Below are positions 41,373-49,584 of a stretch of DNA of 64,000 nucleotides, piece by piece. The DNA comes from Longimicrobiales bacterium (GTDB lineage Bacteria > Gemmatimonadota > Gemmatimonadetes > Longimicrobiales > Gaopeijiaceae), in the NCBI GenBank assembly GCA_965197725.1, contig CBDANQ010000017.1, positions 14,220 through 78,219 of the forward strand, given 5' to 3'. Positions within the stretch are counted from its first letter, which is position 1, and each line of letters opens with the position of its first letter. Under the pieces are notes generated by a model. That model was not told where the DNA came from, made no database searches, and saw only the letters and a list, made by a program, of their open reading frames with translations. Both the position numbers and the translations under genes were made by a program.

Positions 41373-42605
41373 TTACTGCTTTCCCTGGAACGCCTCCAAG
41401 AGTCCGAGTACGTGGTCGATGTCAGCCTCCGTGTGGTCCGCGTTAATCTGGGTGCGGATCTCTTCGTCTCCCCGGGGCACCACCGGGTACGTCAAACCGG
41501 TAGCGAGGACCCCGTTGTCGTACAGGTACTGGACGAGATCTCGCGTCTTCTGAGTGTCACGGACCATGAGCGGAACAACCGGATGCTCGCCCGGGATCGT
41601 CTCGATCCCGATCCGGCCCAGCCCGTCCTCGAAGCGTTTCGTCAACGACCGCAAGCGCTCGAGTAGTGCGACACCCTCATCACTGTCGACGATTTCGAGA
41701 GAACGAAGCGCCGCGGCCGCTTCGCCCACCGTGATCGGGTTCGAGTAGATGTACATCTGCGAGGATTCCCGTAGAAACTGGATCGTCGCCGCGTTTGCCG
41801 TCACGTAGCCGCCGTTCACTCCGAACGCTTTGCCGAGCGTGCCCACGAGGATGTCGACGGGAGCGCTGCCCGTGTGCTCCTCCGCTCCCCGGCCCGTGCG
41901 CCCGAAGGAGCCGACCCCGTGAGAGTCGTCGACGATGCTCACGACGTTCTCCTCGTAGTCCGCGTCATGGCGGACACACGCATCCATGATCCGGTCTACG
42001 GGCGCGTGGTCGCCACGCATCGAGAAGACGCCGTCGGTCACGACGAGCGCCCGCTTCGCCCTTCCCTTCCAGTCCTGGAGCGCAGCGTCGAGCGCCGCGA
42101 CGTCATTGTGCGAGTAGATCGCCTTGCCCGCCGGCCGACTCAGCCGCATCGCGTTGATGATGCAGTTGTGGTTGAGCTCGTCCGAGATCAGAACGGTCTC
42201 GGGCGTGACGAGGGGCGTCAGCGTGGAGACCACCGTGGCGTAGGCGGACGAGAAGATCATCGCCGCGTCCCGCGTGTGGAAGTCGGCGAGCTTCGCCTCA
42301 AGCGCTACGTGGGCTTGATACGTGCCGGAGATGAAGCGGACCGCCCCGGGGCCCGCCCCAAAATTTCGCGTTGCCTCTTCCTCGGCCGCGATGACCTCAG
42401 GCCGGAGACCCATGCCGAGATAAGAGTTGGAGTTGAGGCGGATGAACTCCTTGTCGCCCTCGCCCTGCAGGTGGACGCGCGGGCCACGATCAGCCTGTGC
42501 CGGCTTCACGGCGACCACGACGGTCTCCGTTCCCTTTGCGGTGCCCGTCCGCTCCAGGCTGGTGACGTGCGCATTCAGAAGGGTGCTCAGTCGATCGACA
42601 GGCAT
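41373..42605 (-). CDS. kbl: 2-amino-3-ketobutyrate CoA ligase (glycine C-acetyltransferase)
   Basis: NSYLG, AVRFISGT, SDELNH, TDGVFSM.GD, DDSH, GTLGKA; adjacent to threonine dehydrogenase. Confidence 0.85.
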   Translation of the reverse strand: MPVDRLSTLLNAHVTSLERTGTAKGTETVVVAVKPAQADRGPRVHLQGEGDKEFIRLNSNSYLGMGLRPEVIAAEEEATRNFGAGPGAVRFISGTYQAHVALEAKLADFHTRDAAMIFSSAYATVVSTLTPLVTPETVLISDELNHNCIINAMRLSRPAGKAIYSHNDVAALDAALQDWKGRAKRALVVTDGVFSMRGDHAPVDRIMDACVRHDADYEENVVSIVDDSHGVGSFGRTGRGAEEHTGSAPVDILVGTLGKAFGVNGGYVTANAATIQFLRESSQMYIYSNPITVGEAAAALRSLEIVDSDEGVALLERLRSLTKRFEDGLGRIGIETIPGEHPVVPLMVRDTQKTRDLVQYLYDNGVLATGLTYPVVPRGDEEIRTQINADHTEADIDHVLGLLEAFQGKQ

Positions 42606-42609
42606 GGCT

Positions 42610-43551
42610 TCACTCTTCTCTCAGCTGCATGAGCATGTCTCGGGTCGTCGCCGCGACGTCGAAGGCCGGCTCCCAGCCCCACTCCCGTCGAGCGGCTGAG
42701 TCGTCGACACGGTCAGGCCACGACTCCGCGATCGACTGCCGAACCGGATCGATGTCGTAGTCGATGGTGAAGTCGGGCAGGTGCTTCCGGATCGCGGCGG
42801 CCAGCGTTTCAGGTGCCAGTTGCATGGCCGTCACGTTGAACGCATTGCGGTGGGTGAAGTTCGTCGCATCGGCCTCCATGATGCCGATCGCCGCGCTCAC
42901 CGCGTCTGGCATGTACATCATGTCGAGCTGGCTGTCGGGCCCGAGGAAACAAGTGTACTGCCCATGCGCGACGGCCTCATGGAAAATGTCGACCGCCCAG
43001 TCGGTCGTGCCCCCACCGGGCGGCGCACCGTACGAGATCAACCCGGGATACCGAACGCCGCGCGTGTCCACTCCGAAGCGCTGGTGGTAGTAGTCGCACA
43101 GAAGTTCACCGGCCACCTTGGTGATCCCGTAGATCGTGGCCGGCCGCATGAGCGTATCCTGCGGCGTTCGGTCCTTGGGCGTGTCCGGCCCGAACACCCC
43201 GATCGAGCTCGGCGTGAACACCGCGCATTTCTGTTCGCGGGCCACGTGGAGAACCGATTCCAGGCTAGCCATGTTCACGTGCCAGGCGAGGCGTGGGTCC
43301 CGCTCTCCCACGGCGGAAAGGATTGCCGCGAGGTGGTACACCGTGTCCGCGTCGTGGCGCATCACAGCCTGGCCGACTGCCCTGGCATCCGTGGTATCGA
43401 GCAACTGAAAAGGGCCGGACTCCGTGATCTCCGAACCGAGGTGGCGCACGTCGGTGGCGAGGACCCTGGAGGCCCCGTACCGCTCACGGAGGACTGGCAA
43501 TAGCCACGAACCGATCTGCCCGCCGGCGCCGGTCACGAGGATTCGATTCAC
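42610..43551 (-). CDS. SDR-type L-threonine 3-dehydrogenase
   Basis: GAGGQIG, HLAAILSAVGE, PSSIGVFG, YGITK, PGGGTTD, MMYMPD, IAESWP. Confidence 0.88.
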   Translation of the reverse strand: MNRILVTGAGGQIGSWLLPVLRERYGASRVLATDVRHLGSEITESGPFQLLDTTDARAVGQAVMRHDADTVYHLAAILSAVGERDPRLAWHVNMASLESVLHVAREQKCAVFTPSSIGVFGPDTPKDRTPQDTLMRPATIYGITKVAGELLCDYYHQRFGVDTRGVRYPGLISYGAPPGGGTTDWAVDIFHEAVAHGQYTCFLGPDSQLDMMYMPDAVSAAIGIMEADATNFTHRNAFNVTAMQLAPETLAAAIRKHLPDFTIDYDIDPVRQSIAESWPDRVDDSAARREWGWEPAFDVAATTRDMLMQLREE

Positions 43552-43670
43552 GTCGCGGAGGCCTTGCTCATGAGGTCATGTCACTCCTCTTCGGTCTGTC
43601 GCGGAGCGCCATTGTCGCGCGGGGGTGGGGAGGAATCAAGCGGGCACGGACGGACCCTCGAAATCTGGGC

Positions 43671-43698
43671 GTTACCTTCTCGCGACTTCGACCGTCTT
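43671..43698 (+). promoter_or_regulatory. Candidate ECF-sigma promoter upstream of the lipoprotein gene
   Basis: GTTACC-N16-CGTCTT, resembling ECF (G/T)xAAC-N16-CGTC promoters. Confidence 0.4.
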
Positions 43699-43749
43699 GT
43701 CTCTGACGCCCACCCAACAACAGAGCGTCCAACCCTACGGAGACAAGAC

Positions 43750-44835
43750 ATGAAGACCCTGAAACGCAACCCGACGCTGGCCTTCCTCGGCATCTTGGCC
43801 GTGGCCGCGTGTGAGGATGGCACGCCCACGGCACCGATCGTGGACGAACTGTTCACCCTGGACGAGACGATCGAACTGGAGGTGCTCGCGAGCAAGGCGA
43901 ATATCGCCGTCGCGCTAGAGCTCGCCGACGCGAGTAACAACGTCGCCAGTAGCCGCGGAGACGTTCGCGCCCAGGACGGTCGGGACTTCCACGACCGCGC
44001 GCGGCTGCGCTTCACAGACGCACAAGACGATCTGGCGCGCGGCAATCGTCGGGCGGCGCTCGACAAGGCCCGGGACGCTCGGCGGCTCGTCGTGCGCGCG
44101 ATCGAGGCCACGGGAGGCGGTCGTGCCGTCGCCGCTATGGTCGAGAGGCTGGAGGCCACCGCTTCCACGATCGGCGAGGATGTCGACTCCTTCGACAATC
44201 CGACTGACGTGGCGAGCGAGCTCAATCGGCTGGCGGTCTCGGCTCGCGACGCGCTCTCGCGCGGTGACACCACGCGTGCCGGCGAGCGCGTGATCTTCGG
44301 TGATCAGCGCACGCATGACCGCCGAGCCAACGACCGAAGCGGCCGTGACCGCAGAGGCCACGACCGGGGGAGTGACGTAGGCCCGCGCCGCGCGGAGCTC
44401 GCCATCGAGCTGGGCGCGACGGCGGTCGCGCTCGCTGAGCGGCTCTTGGAGAACGACGTCATCAACGACGTACGATCGAGGTTTCTCGCGACCGCTCACG
44501 AACTGCTCAAGAAGGCCCGAGCCGCGTACGCCGAGGGCCACTATGGCCGCGCTGTGCACTTCGCGGAGGCCGCAAGCTGGGCGGCGCTCAAGCCAGTGGT
44601 CCTCCCGGGCGGCATCACCGAAGAGGAGATGCGCGCGATGATCGACCTGGCGAACTCGCTCCACGAGGAGGCCCGAGCCGCGCTCGGCGACGCTCCGACC
44701 GAGATGCAGATCGCGATGTTCGAGCGGGCTGGACGGCTCATCGAGCTCGGCGAGAAGATGGTCGCGGAAGGCAAGCAAAGAGGCGTGGGACCCCTGTGGA
44801 GGGGTGCCGTGATCTCGAGTTGGCTGATCGGCTGA
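43750..44835 (+). CDS. All-helical hypothetical lipoprotein
   Basis: MKTLKR + hydrophobic stretch + VAAC lipobox; GGAG upstream; repeated A..A...G....A helical hairpins. Confidence 0.75.
   Translation: MKTLKRNPTLAFLGILAVAACEDGTPTAPIVDELFTLDETIELEVLASKANIAVALELADASNNVASSRGDVRAQDGRDFHDRARLRFTDAQDDLARGNRRAALDKARDARRLVVRAIEATGGGRAVAAMVERLEATASTIGEDVDSFDNPTDVASELNRLAVSARDALSRGDTTRAGERVIFGDQRTHDRRANDRSGRDRRGHDRGSDVGPRRAELAIELGATAVALAERLLENDVINDVRSRFLATAHELLKKARAAYAEGHYGRAVHFAEAASWAALKPVVLPGGITEEEMRAMIDLANSLHEEARAALGDAPTEMQIAMFERAGRLIELGEKMVAEGKQRGVGPLWRGAVISSWLIG
44317..44376 (+). repeat. Four 15-nt degenerate repeats encoding DRRAN-DRSGR-DRRGH-DRGSD
   Basis: GACCG recurs every 15 nt. Confidence 0.6.
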
Positions 44836-44847
44836 CGATTGGGTTCG

Positions 44848-44876
44848 GGCGTCGTCCCCGCTGGGGGGGCGGCGCC
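44848..44876 (+). terminator. GC-rich hairpin between the lipoprotein and ECF sigma genes
   Basis: GGCGTCGTCCCC / GGGGGCGGCGCC 12-bp stem with two G-U pairs; weak U tail. Confidence 0.4.
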
Positions 44877-44896
44877 TGTCCCGATATCTTCCGTCC

Positions 44897-45448
44897 ATGG
44901 TGTCACCTGTGGAACGAACCGATGCGCAGGTCGTCCGCGATGTCTTGGCCGGAGACCGCGACGCTTATCGGCTCTTGGTGCGCAGGTACGGGGACGTGCT
45001 CTACGGCCACGCACTGCGGATGGCGGCGAGTCAGGACGACGCGGCCGACCTCGTGCAGCGTGCCCTGGTGCAGGGTTTCCAGAAACTCCGGACGTGTCGC
45101 GATGCCGACCGCGTCGGGGCCTGGCTCTTCCGCATCCTGGCCAACCTCTGCAAGGACCACATCCGTAGCCCGCGGCGCAGTGACATTTCCCTCACCGCCA
45201 TGGCGGGCGTGCTTCGCGGCCGCTCCGACCCGGCATCGGATGCGGAGGGAGCGGAGGTGCGGAGCCGCGTGTGGGGTGCGCTCGACGCGCTCACGCCGGA
45301 GCAGCGTGAAGCGTTCGTGCTCAAGCACGTCGAGGGCCGGTCGTACGAGGAGATCGCTGCGGTGATGGACCTCTCGGTAGCAGCGCTGAAGATGAGGGTA
45401 CACCGCGCACGCCAGGCGCTGCGCGGACTCTTGGAGGAATTCGCATGA
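44897..45448 (+). CDS. ECF RNA polymerase sigma factor
   Basis: GDRDAY..LV.RY, DAADLVQ, AWLFRI.ANLC.D; region 4 L.PEQREAFVL...EG.SYEEIA......KMRVHRAR. Confidence 0.93.
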   Translation: MVSPVERTDAQVVRDVLAGDRDAYRLLVRRYGDVLYGHALRMAASQDDAADLVQRALVQGFQKLRTCRDADRVGAWLFRILANLCKDHIRSPRRSDISLTAMAGVLRGRSDPASDAEGAEVRSRVWGALDALTPEQREAFVLKHVEGRSYEEIAAVMDLSVAALKMRVHRARQALRGLLEEFA

Positions 45449-46080
45449 CTGACGACCTGGATCGCTACCTCGACGGTGAGGTCGGAGCCGACGCGCTCGG
45501 TGCCACGTCCCGCGCCGATGCGGAAGCGTGGAACCGAATGGTCGAGTCCTTCCGCACTACCGCACCACGTGCGGTGGCGCCGGCCTGGCTCGAGCAAAAG
45601 GTCATGGGCGACATCGAAGCGCTGCCTCGCCCAGGGGCGTTGGCAAGAGCATTCGAGTGGCTCATGAACCCGACGCCCGTGCGCGTGTCGCCCCTCGCGA
45701 CGGCGCTGGTGCTCGCGGCGTTCGCCGTCGTGCTCCTACTGCCCCAGGCCACGCCTGAGGTCGCTCGCCAAACGCCAGGCGTTGCGACGGCTGCCGGGGG
45801 CGCCGAACCCGTCGTATACGTCCAGTTCGTGCTGGAGGCTCCGGGGGCCACGTCGGTGTCGCTCGCCGGTGACTTCTCGGATTGGGAGGCGTCGGTCACG
45901 CTTGCCGATCAAAACGAGGACGGCCTCTGGACTGCGCGTGTCCCCGTACGCCCCGGTGTTTACGGGTACATGTTCCTGATCGACGGAACTGAATGGCAGA
46001 CCGATCCTCGGGCCGACCGCTACCAAGACGACGGTTTCGGCAACCGCAACGCGGTGCTCGCCGTTGCCGCGAGCGAGTAG
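45445..46080 (+). CDS. Anti-sigma factor with TM helix and C-terminal CBM48/AMPK-beta-like glycogen-binding domain
   Basis: ATG overlaps the sigma stop; N-terminal LDRYLDGE; TM; VSLAGDFSDW...W...V.PG.Y.YMFLIDG.EW..DP......DGFG..N. Confidence 0.8.
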   Translation: MTDDLDRYLDGEVGADALGATSRADAEAWNRMVESFRTTAPRAVAPAWLEQKVMGDIEALPRPGALARAFEWLMNPTPVRVSPLATALVLAAFAVVLLLPQATPEVARQTPGVATAAGGAEPVVYVQFVLEAPGATSVSLAGDFSDWEASVTLADQNEDGLWTARVPVRPGVYGYMFLIDGTEWQTDPRADRYQDDGFGNRNAVLAVAASE

Positions 46081-46081
46081 G

Positions 46082-47248
46082 ATGAGAAGCGCACCCGCCT
46101 CCCTCGTCATCGTCGTCCTGGCACTCGCGGGACCAGCGCCGGCGCTCTCCCAAAGCGAGGTCACCGTTGAGCTGGGAGCCTCGCAGGTAGGACCACCGTC
46201 AGGCGCCGACGCCGCGGCCGCGCGTTTCGCCGTCGGAGGCGTCCGGGCTTCAAGATATTCGAGCAATGGATCGGGATTGTTCACTTCGGTTCTGGTGGGC
46301 CGCTCGTTCGGCGCAACGACCGGGGCAGACTTCCTCTCCGGCACATTGGGCGGAACCCTGCGGCAGGACTGGGGCGGCGCCTGGACCGGTGGTTTCGACG
46401 TGCAAGCCCTCGGCTTCGAGGTGCGTGCGCCGTTCCCCTATCGGGCGCTCGCCGCCGAGGGAGGCCCGACGTTGCGGTACAGATCGGGGCGAGTTTCCGT
46501 GAAGGTTGACGGCCTGGTAGGTATCGGAACGTCCCGCCTTCAGCTCCGTAGGCGCTCCGATTCTCCGGTGGTGCGCACGATCGACCATAATCTCTGGCGC
46601 GTGGGCGGGACCACCGAGCTCCTGGTCCGGTCCGGCAACACGTGGTTCGGCCTCGAGGGTGGCGTGCATCACACGAGCGGAGGTACGTACGCGACGGGCG
46701 GACTGAGGTTGATCCTGGGCGGGACGCAAGCTGCGGCGGAGCTGCGCATCGACGCGTGGGACACGCCCGGGGGCACCGAGACGACCGGCGGCCTCGCCAT
46801 CGTCATTCCGGTGACAGGCAGGTGGAGCTTGCGCGGCTTCTTTGGCAGGAGCGAGCCGGATCCGATGACGCTCGCCGAGCCAGGGAGCGGGAGCGGGGGC
46901 CTGCTGCTGGGGCGTACCGTGTACCGCGGCGGGACCACCACACGGAGAGCGTCCCTCTACCAGGTCGTCGGCAGCACCGACACCGGCGCTCGCGTCAGAA
47001 TCAGCGTCATGGCTCCGGCGACGGCCACCCGCGTCGAAGTCATGGGCGACTTCAGCCTGTGGAACCCCGTGCCCATGTCGCGCGCGAGAGACCGATGGAC
47101 CGCGGTGCTCGAGATCGGCAACGGAACCCATCACTTCGGGTTCCTGGTCGATGATGAATGGTTTGTACCGGACGATGCGAGCGATGTCGTTCCGGACGAG
47201 TGGGGCCGCCGGAGCGCGACCCTGGTAATCGAAGGAGTCGGATCATGA
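46082..47248 (+). CDS. Secreted beta-rich (probable outer-membrane barrel) protein with C-terminal CBM48-like domain
   Basis: Signal peptide; Gly-rich amphipathic strands; C-terminal VEVMGDFSLW.PVPM.....W...L....G.HHFGFLVDDEW...DEWG. Confidence 0.7.
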   Translation: MRSAPASLVIVVLALAGPAPALSQSEVTVELGASQVGPPSGADAAAARFAVGGVRASRYSSNGSGLFTSVLVGRSFGATTGADFLSGTLGGTLRQDWGGAWTGGFDVQALGFEVRAPFPYRALAAEGGPTLRYRSGRVSVKVDGLVGIGTSRLQLRRRSDSPVVRTIDHNLWRVGGTTELLVRSGNTWFGLEGGVHHTSGGTYATGGLRLILGGTQAAAELRIDAWDTPGGTETTGGLAIVIPVTGRWSLRGFFGRSEPDPMTLAEPGSGSGGLLLGRTVYRGGTTTRRASLYQVVGSTDTGARVRISVMAPATATRVEVMGDFSLWNPVPMSRARDRWTAVLEIGNGTHHFGFLVDDEWFVPDDASDVVPDEWGRRSATLVIEGVGS

Positions 47249-47919
47249 CACGCACCGCACTGACGCTGCTCACGCTTGCCGTACTCATGACGCCTGCCAT
47301 GCACGCGCAGGAGTCTGCGCGGGAGAGAGCCCAGCGCACGCTCCCGGCTTCCGTCTTCGAGAACGTGTCGGCGCTGGCCGCCGACGTGAGCTCTTCGGGG
47401 ATTCTCGACGAGCCGCTCTTCAACAAAGCCCTCGAGGGCGTGGCCAAGCGCGTGCCCGTGGCTCGGATCATGCCCGTGATCGAGGCGTACGCCGGGCGGC
47501 TCGGGGAGGCGCGGAACGCGTTTGGACCCACTGCGACGGTCCCGTTGCTCGTTGCCGGAGCCGACGCGCTCCAGCGGGGCGTCTCGTCCGATGCGCTCCG
47601 TTCACTCGACTCCGAGGCGGCCCGCTCGCCGATGGCGGTATTGGTACTAGCCGAACTCCATGAGACCGGCGTCCCCACGGACCGGGCGTTGGCCGTGCTT
47701 TGTGAGGCGACCGCCCGACGGACTCGAGAGGACCGGATGCTCGACATCCCGGCCGACGTGCGGCGCCTCATCCGCCAGGGTCGCCCACCCTCGGACGCCG
47801 CCGACCAAGTGCGTCGCGGACTTCAGAGAGGGCGCGGCAACGGCGACGTCGGCCCGCCTGTGCCTCCCGGATCCGAGCCCACGGACCGCGCCACGCGTAC
47901 GCGGACGCGCGGACGGTGA
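47245..47919 (+). CDS. Secreted helical hypothetical protein
   Basis: Signal peptide ending MHA-Q; PLFNKALEG.AK motif; ATG overlaps the upstream stop. Confidence 0.7.
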   Translation: MTRTALTLLTLAVLMTPAMHAQESARERAQRTLPASVFENVSALAADVSSSGILDEPLFNKALEGVAKRVPVARIMPVIEAYAGRLGEARNAFGPTATVPLLVAGADALQRGVSSDALRSLDSEAARSPMAVLVLAELHETGVPTDRALAVLCEATARRTREDRMLDIPADVRRLIRQGRPPSDAADQVRRGLQRGRGNGDVGPPVPPGSEPTDRATRTRTRGR

Positions 47920-47932
47920 GCCAGAACTTCGG

Positions 47933-47956
47933 GCTCCTCACGCGGTGAAGAGGAGC
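47933..47956. terminator. Hairpin between convergent transcription units
   Basis: GCTCCTC...GAGGAGC inverted repeat. Confidence 0.35.
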
Positions 47957-48011
47957 GTCCCCGACGCGACGGCAAGCCACCGCGTCCGTTCAAGATCGGT
48001 CACCGGGCAGA

Positions 48012-48071
48012 TCAGTCGCCTGCCTCCAGGTAGATCTCCCCGCCCCTGTCGCGGAACTCCGTAGCCATGTC
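48012..48071 (-). pseudogene. thiC: Relic 3' tail of phosphomethylpyrimidine synthase
   Basis: Reads DMATEFRDRGGEIYLEAGD-stop, matching the ThiC C-terminus pattern (DMSENFRARGGEIYL in E. coli, from memory); begins 2 nt after the frdD stop. Confidence 0.6.
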
Positions 48072-48073
48072 AA

Positions 48074-48424
48074 CTAGCCAACCCCCCAGAGCAGGTAGGC
48101 GCCGACGACCGTGCCCGCCGTCGCGATCCCGTAGGTCACCACTGCGATGAGCTGGTTGAGATGGGAGAGCTGAAGACCGTCGTAGAGCGTGTACCGGAAC
48201 CGGTGCGCCCAGTGGAACCAGCACAGCGAGACAAGAACCAACAGACCCAGCCGCGTCAGCGGGTGTCTCACCAGCGCTTGAAGGTCCCCAAAAGCGGCGC
48301 CCTCCACCCACCCGAGGGGCAGGGCAATGAATAGCACTAGGATCAGCGCCGGAAGAAAGAGCGCCGAGGCCATCCCCCCACCACCGAACAGTACCCAGAT
48401 GATGGGCTCCCTGGACCGCCGCAT
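48074..48424 (-). CDS. frdD: Fumarate reductase membrane anchor subunit D
   Basis: RRSREPIIWVLFGGGGM.SA, FHWAHRFRY; 3 TM. Confidence 0.88.
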   Translation of the reverse strand: MRRSREPIIWVLFGGGGMASALFLPALILVLFIALPLGWVEGAAFGDLQALVRHPLTRLGLLVLVSLCWFHWAHRFRYTLYDGLQLSHLNQLIAVVTYGIATAGTVVGAYLLWGVG

Positions 48425-48837
48425 CACGACCTCCAGATCAGTACCCAGGCCACGAAACCCGTGCACACGACCCATGCCGCGTAGTGGCCGAGGAGCACAG
48501 CCGAGGCAGGCACCATCCGACCTCCGATCTTCACGACGATCGCCATGGGGGCCAGGTTGAGCCAGGTAATCGTGTGGAAGAGCACAACGAAGAGCACGAG
48601 CACATGAGCCGCGAGCACGACCGGGCGCGAAAGCCAGTCCATGACCTCCAAATATGCGCCTTCTCCCCGATCCAACGCGAGCACGAGCACCACTAGAAGG
48701 ACGGCCGAGTAGGCGACTAATACGCTGGTCAGCTCGCGGCCGATGAACGCCGCATACGATCGCTTGCGTAGCCACCAGAAGATCGGAACCTCACTCCGGT
48801 ACCACTTGGGGTGGTACGGCCGGTGCTCGGGGTTCAG
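48424..48837 (-). CDS. frdC: Fumarate reductase membrane anchor subunit C; probable CTG start
   Basis: [24 protein letters not shown]; 3 TM. Confidence 0.85.
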   Translation of the reverse strand: MNPEHRPYHPKWYRSEVPIFWWLRKRSYAAFIGRELTSVLVAYSAVLLVVLVLALDRGEGAYLEVMDWLSRPVVLAAHVLVLFVVLFHTITWLNLAPMAIVVKIGGRMVPASAVLLGHYAAWVVCTGFVAWVLIWRS

Positions 48838-49577
48838 GATGACCCCCCCGGCATGAGCAGAGATCTGAAGAAGTCCAGGGTGGCGGAAACCTTGTAGCGC
48901 TGGATGGCTTCGGCCGGGTCCACGTTCTTGGGGCAGACCTCCGAGCACTCGCCGACCAGTGTACACCCCCAGATCCCGTCGTGCTGAGAGAGCACGTCCA
49001 TCCTCTCCTGAGCGCCCTCATCACGGGAGTCCAAGTTGTAGCGCTGAGCGAGCGCGATGGCTGCCGGACCGATGAAGTCGGGCTCGATGCGGTAGATGGG
49101 GCAGGCGGAATAGCACAGCATGCAATTGATGCACATCGAATACTGCTTGTACTCGGCGAGCTCCGCCGGCGTCTGTAGGTATTCCCCCTCATCGAGAGGC
49201 TTCTCTTCGTCCCGAACGATCCAAGCCTTTACGTCTGTGAGCTTGCCCATGAAGTCCGTGATGTCTCCGACCAGATCGCGGATCACGGGAAAGCCCGTGA
49301 GTGGCTCGATTCGGATGGGACCGGGGAGCAGGCTCTCCAGGTACGTGGCGCACGTCAGCACGGGACGCCCGTTGGCCATCATGCCGCAGCTTCCGCACAC
49401 ACCCATTCGGCACGCCCATCGGTAGGACAGACTCCCGTCGAGATCGTCCTTGATGTAGTTGAGCGCGTCGAGGATCATCCACTCCGGGTGGAACGGGACC
49501 TCGAAGCTCTCGAACGTGGGCTCCGTTTCGTCTTCGGGTCGGTAACGGAACACTTCTACAGTAACGGCTTCAGGCAT
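48834..49577 (-). CDS. frdB: Fumarate reductase iron-sulfur subunit
   Basis: [38 protein letters not shown]. Confidence 0.93.
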   Translation of the reverse strand: MPEAVTVEVFRYRPEDETEPTFESFEVPFHPEWMILDALNYIKDDLDGSLSYRWACRMGVCGSCGMMANGRPVLTCATYLESLLPGPIRIEPLTGFPVIRDLVGDITDFMGKLTDVKAWIVRDEEKPLDEGEYLQTPAELAEYKQYSMCINCMLCYSACPIYRIEPDFIGPAAIALAQRYNLDSRDEGAQERMDVLSQHDGIWGCTLVGECSEVCPKNVDPAEAIQRYKVSATLDFFRSLLMPGGSS

Positions 49578-49584
49578 CGGACGC

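Noticed and set aside
43621..43635. G-rich tract as a G-quadruplex
   Set aside because: Only two G tracts of three or more bases
47937..48002. Minus-strand 21-aa ORF (MTDLERTRWLAVASGTLLFTA) after the thiC tail
   Set aside because: Could be another gene stump but is too short to assign, and it overlaps a hairpin
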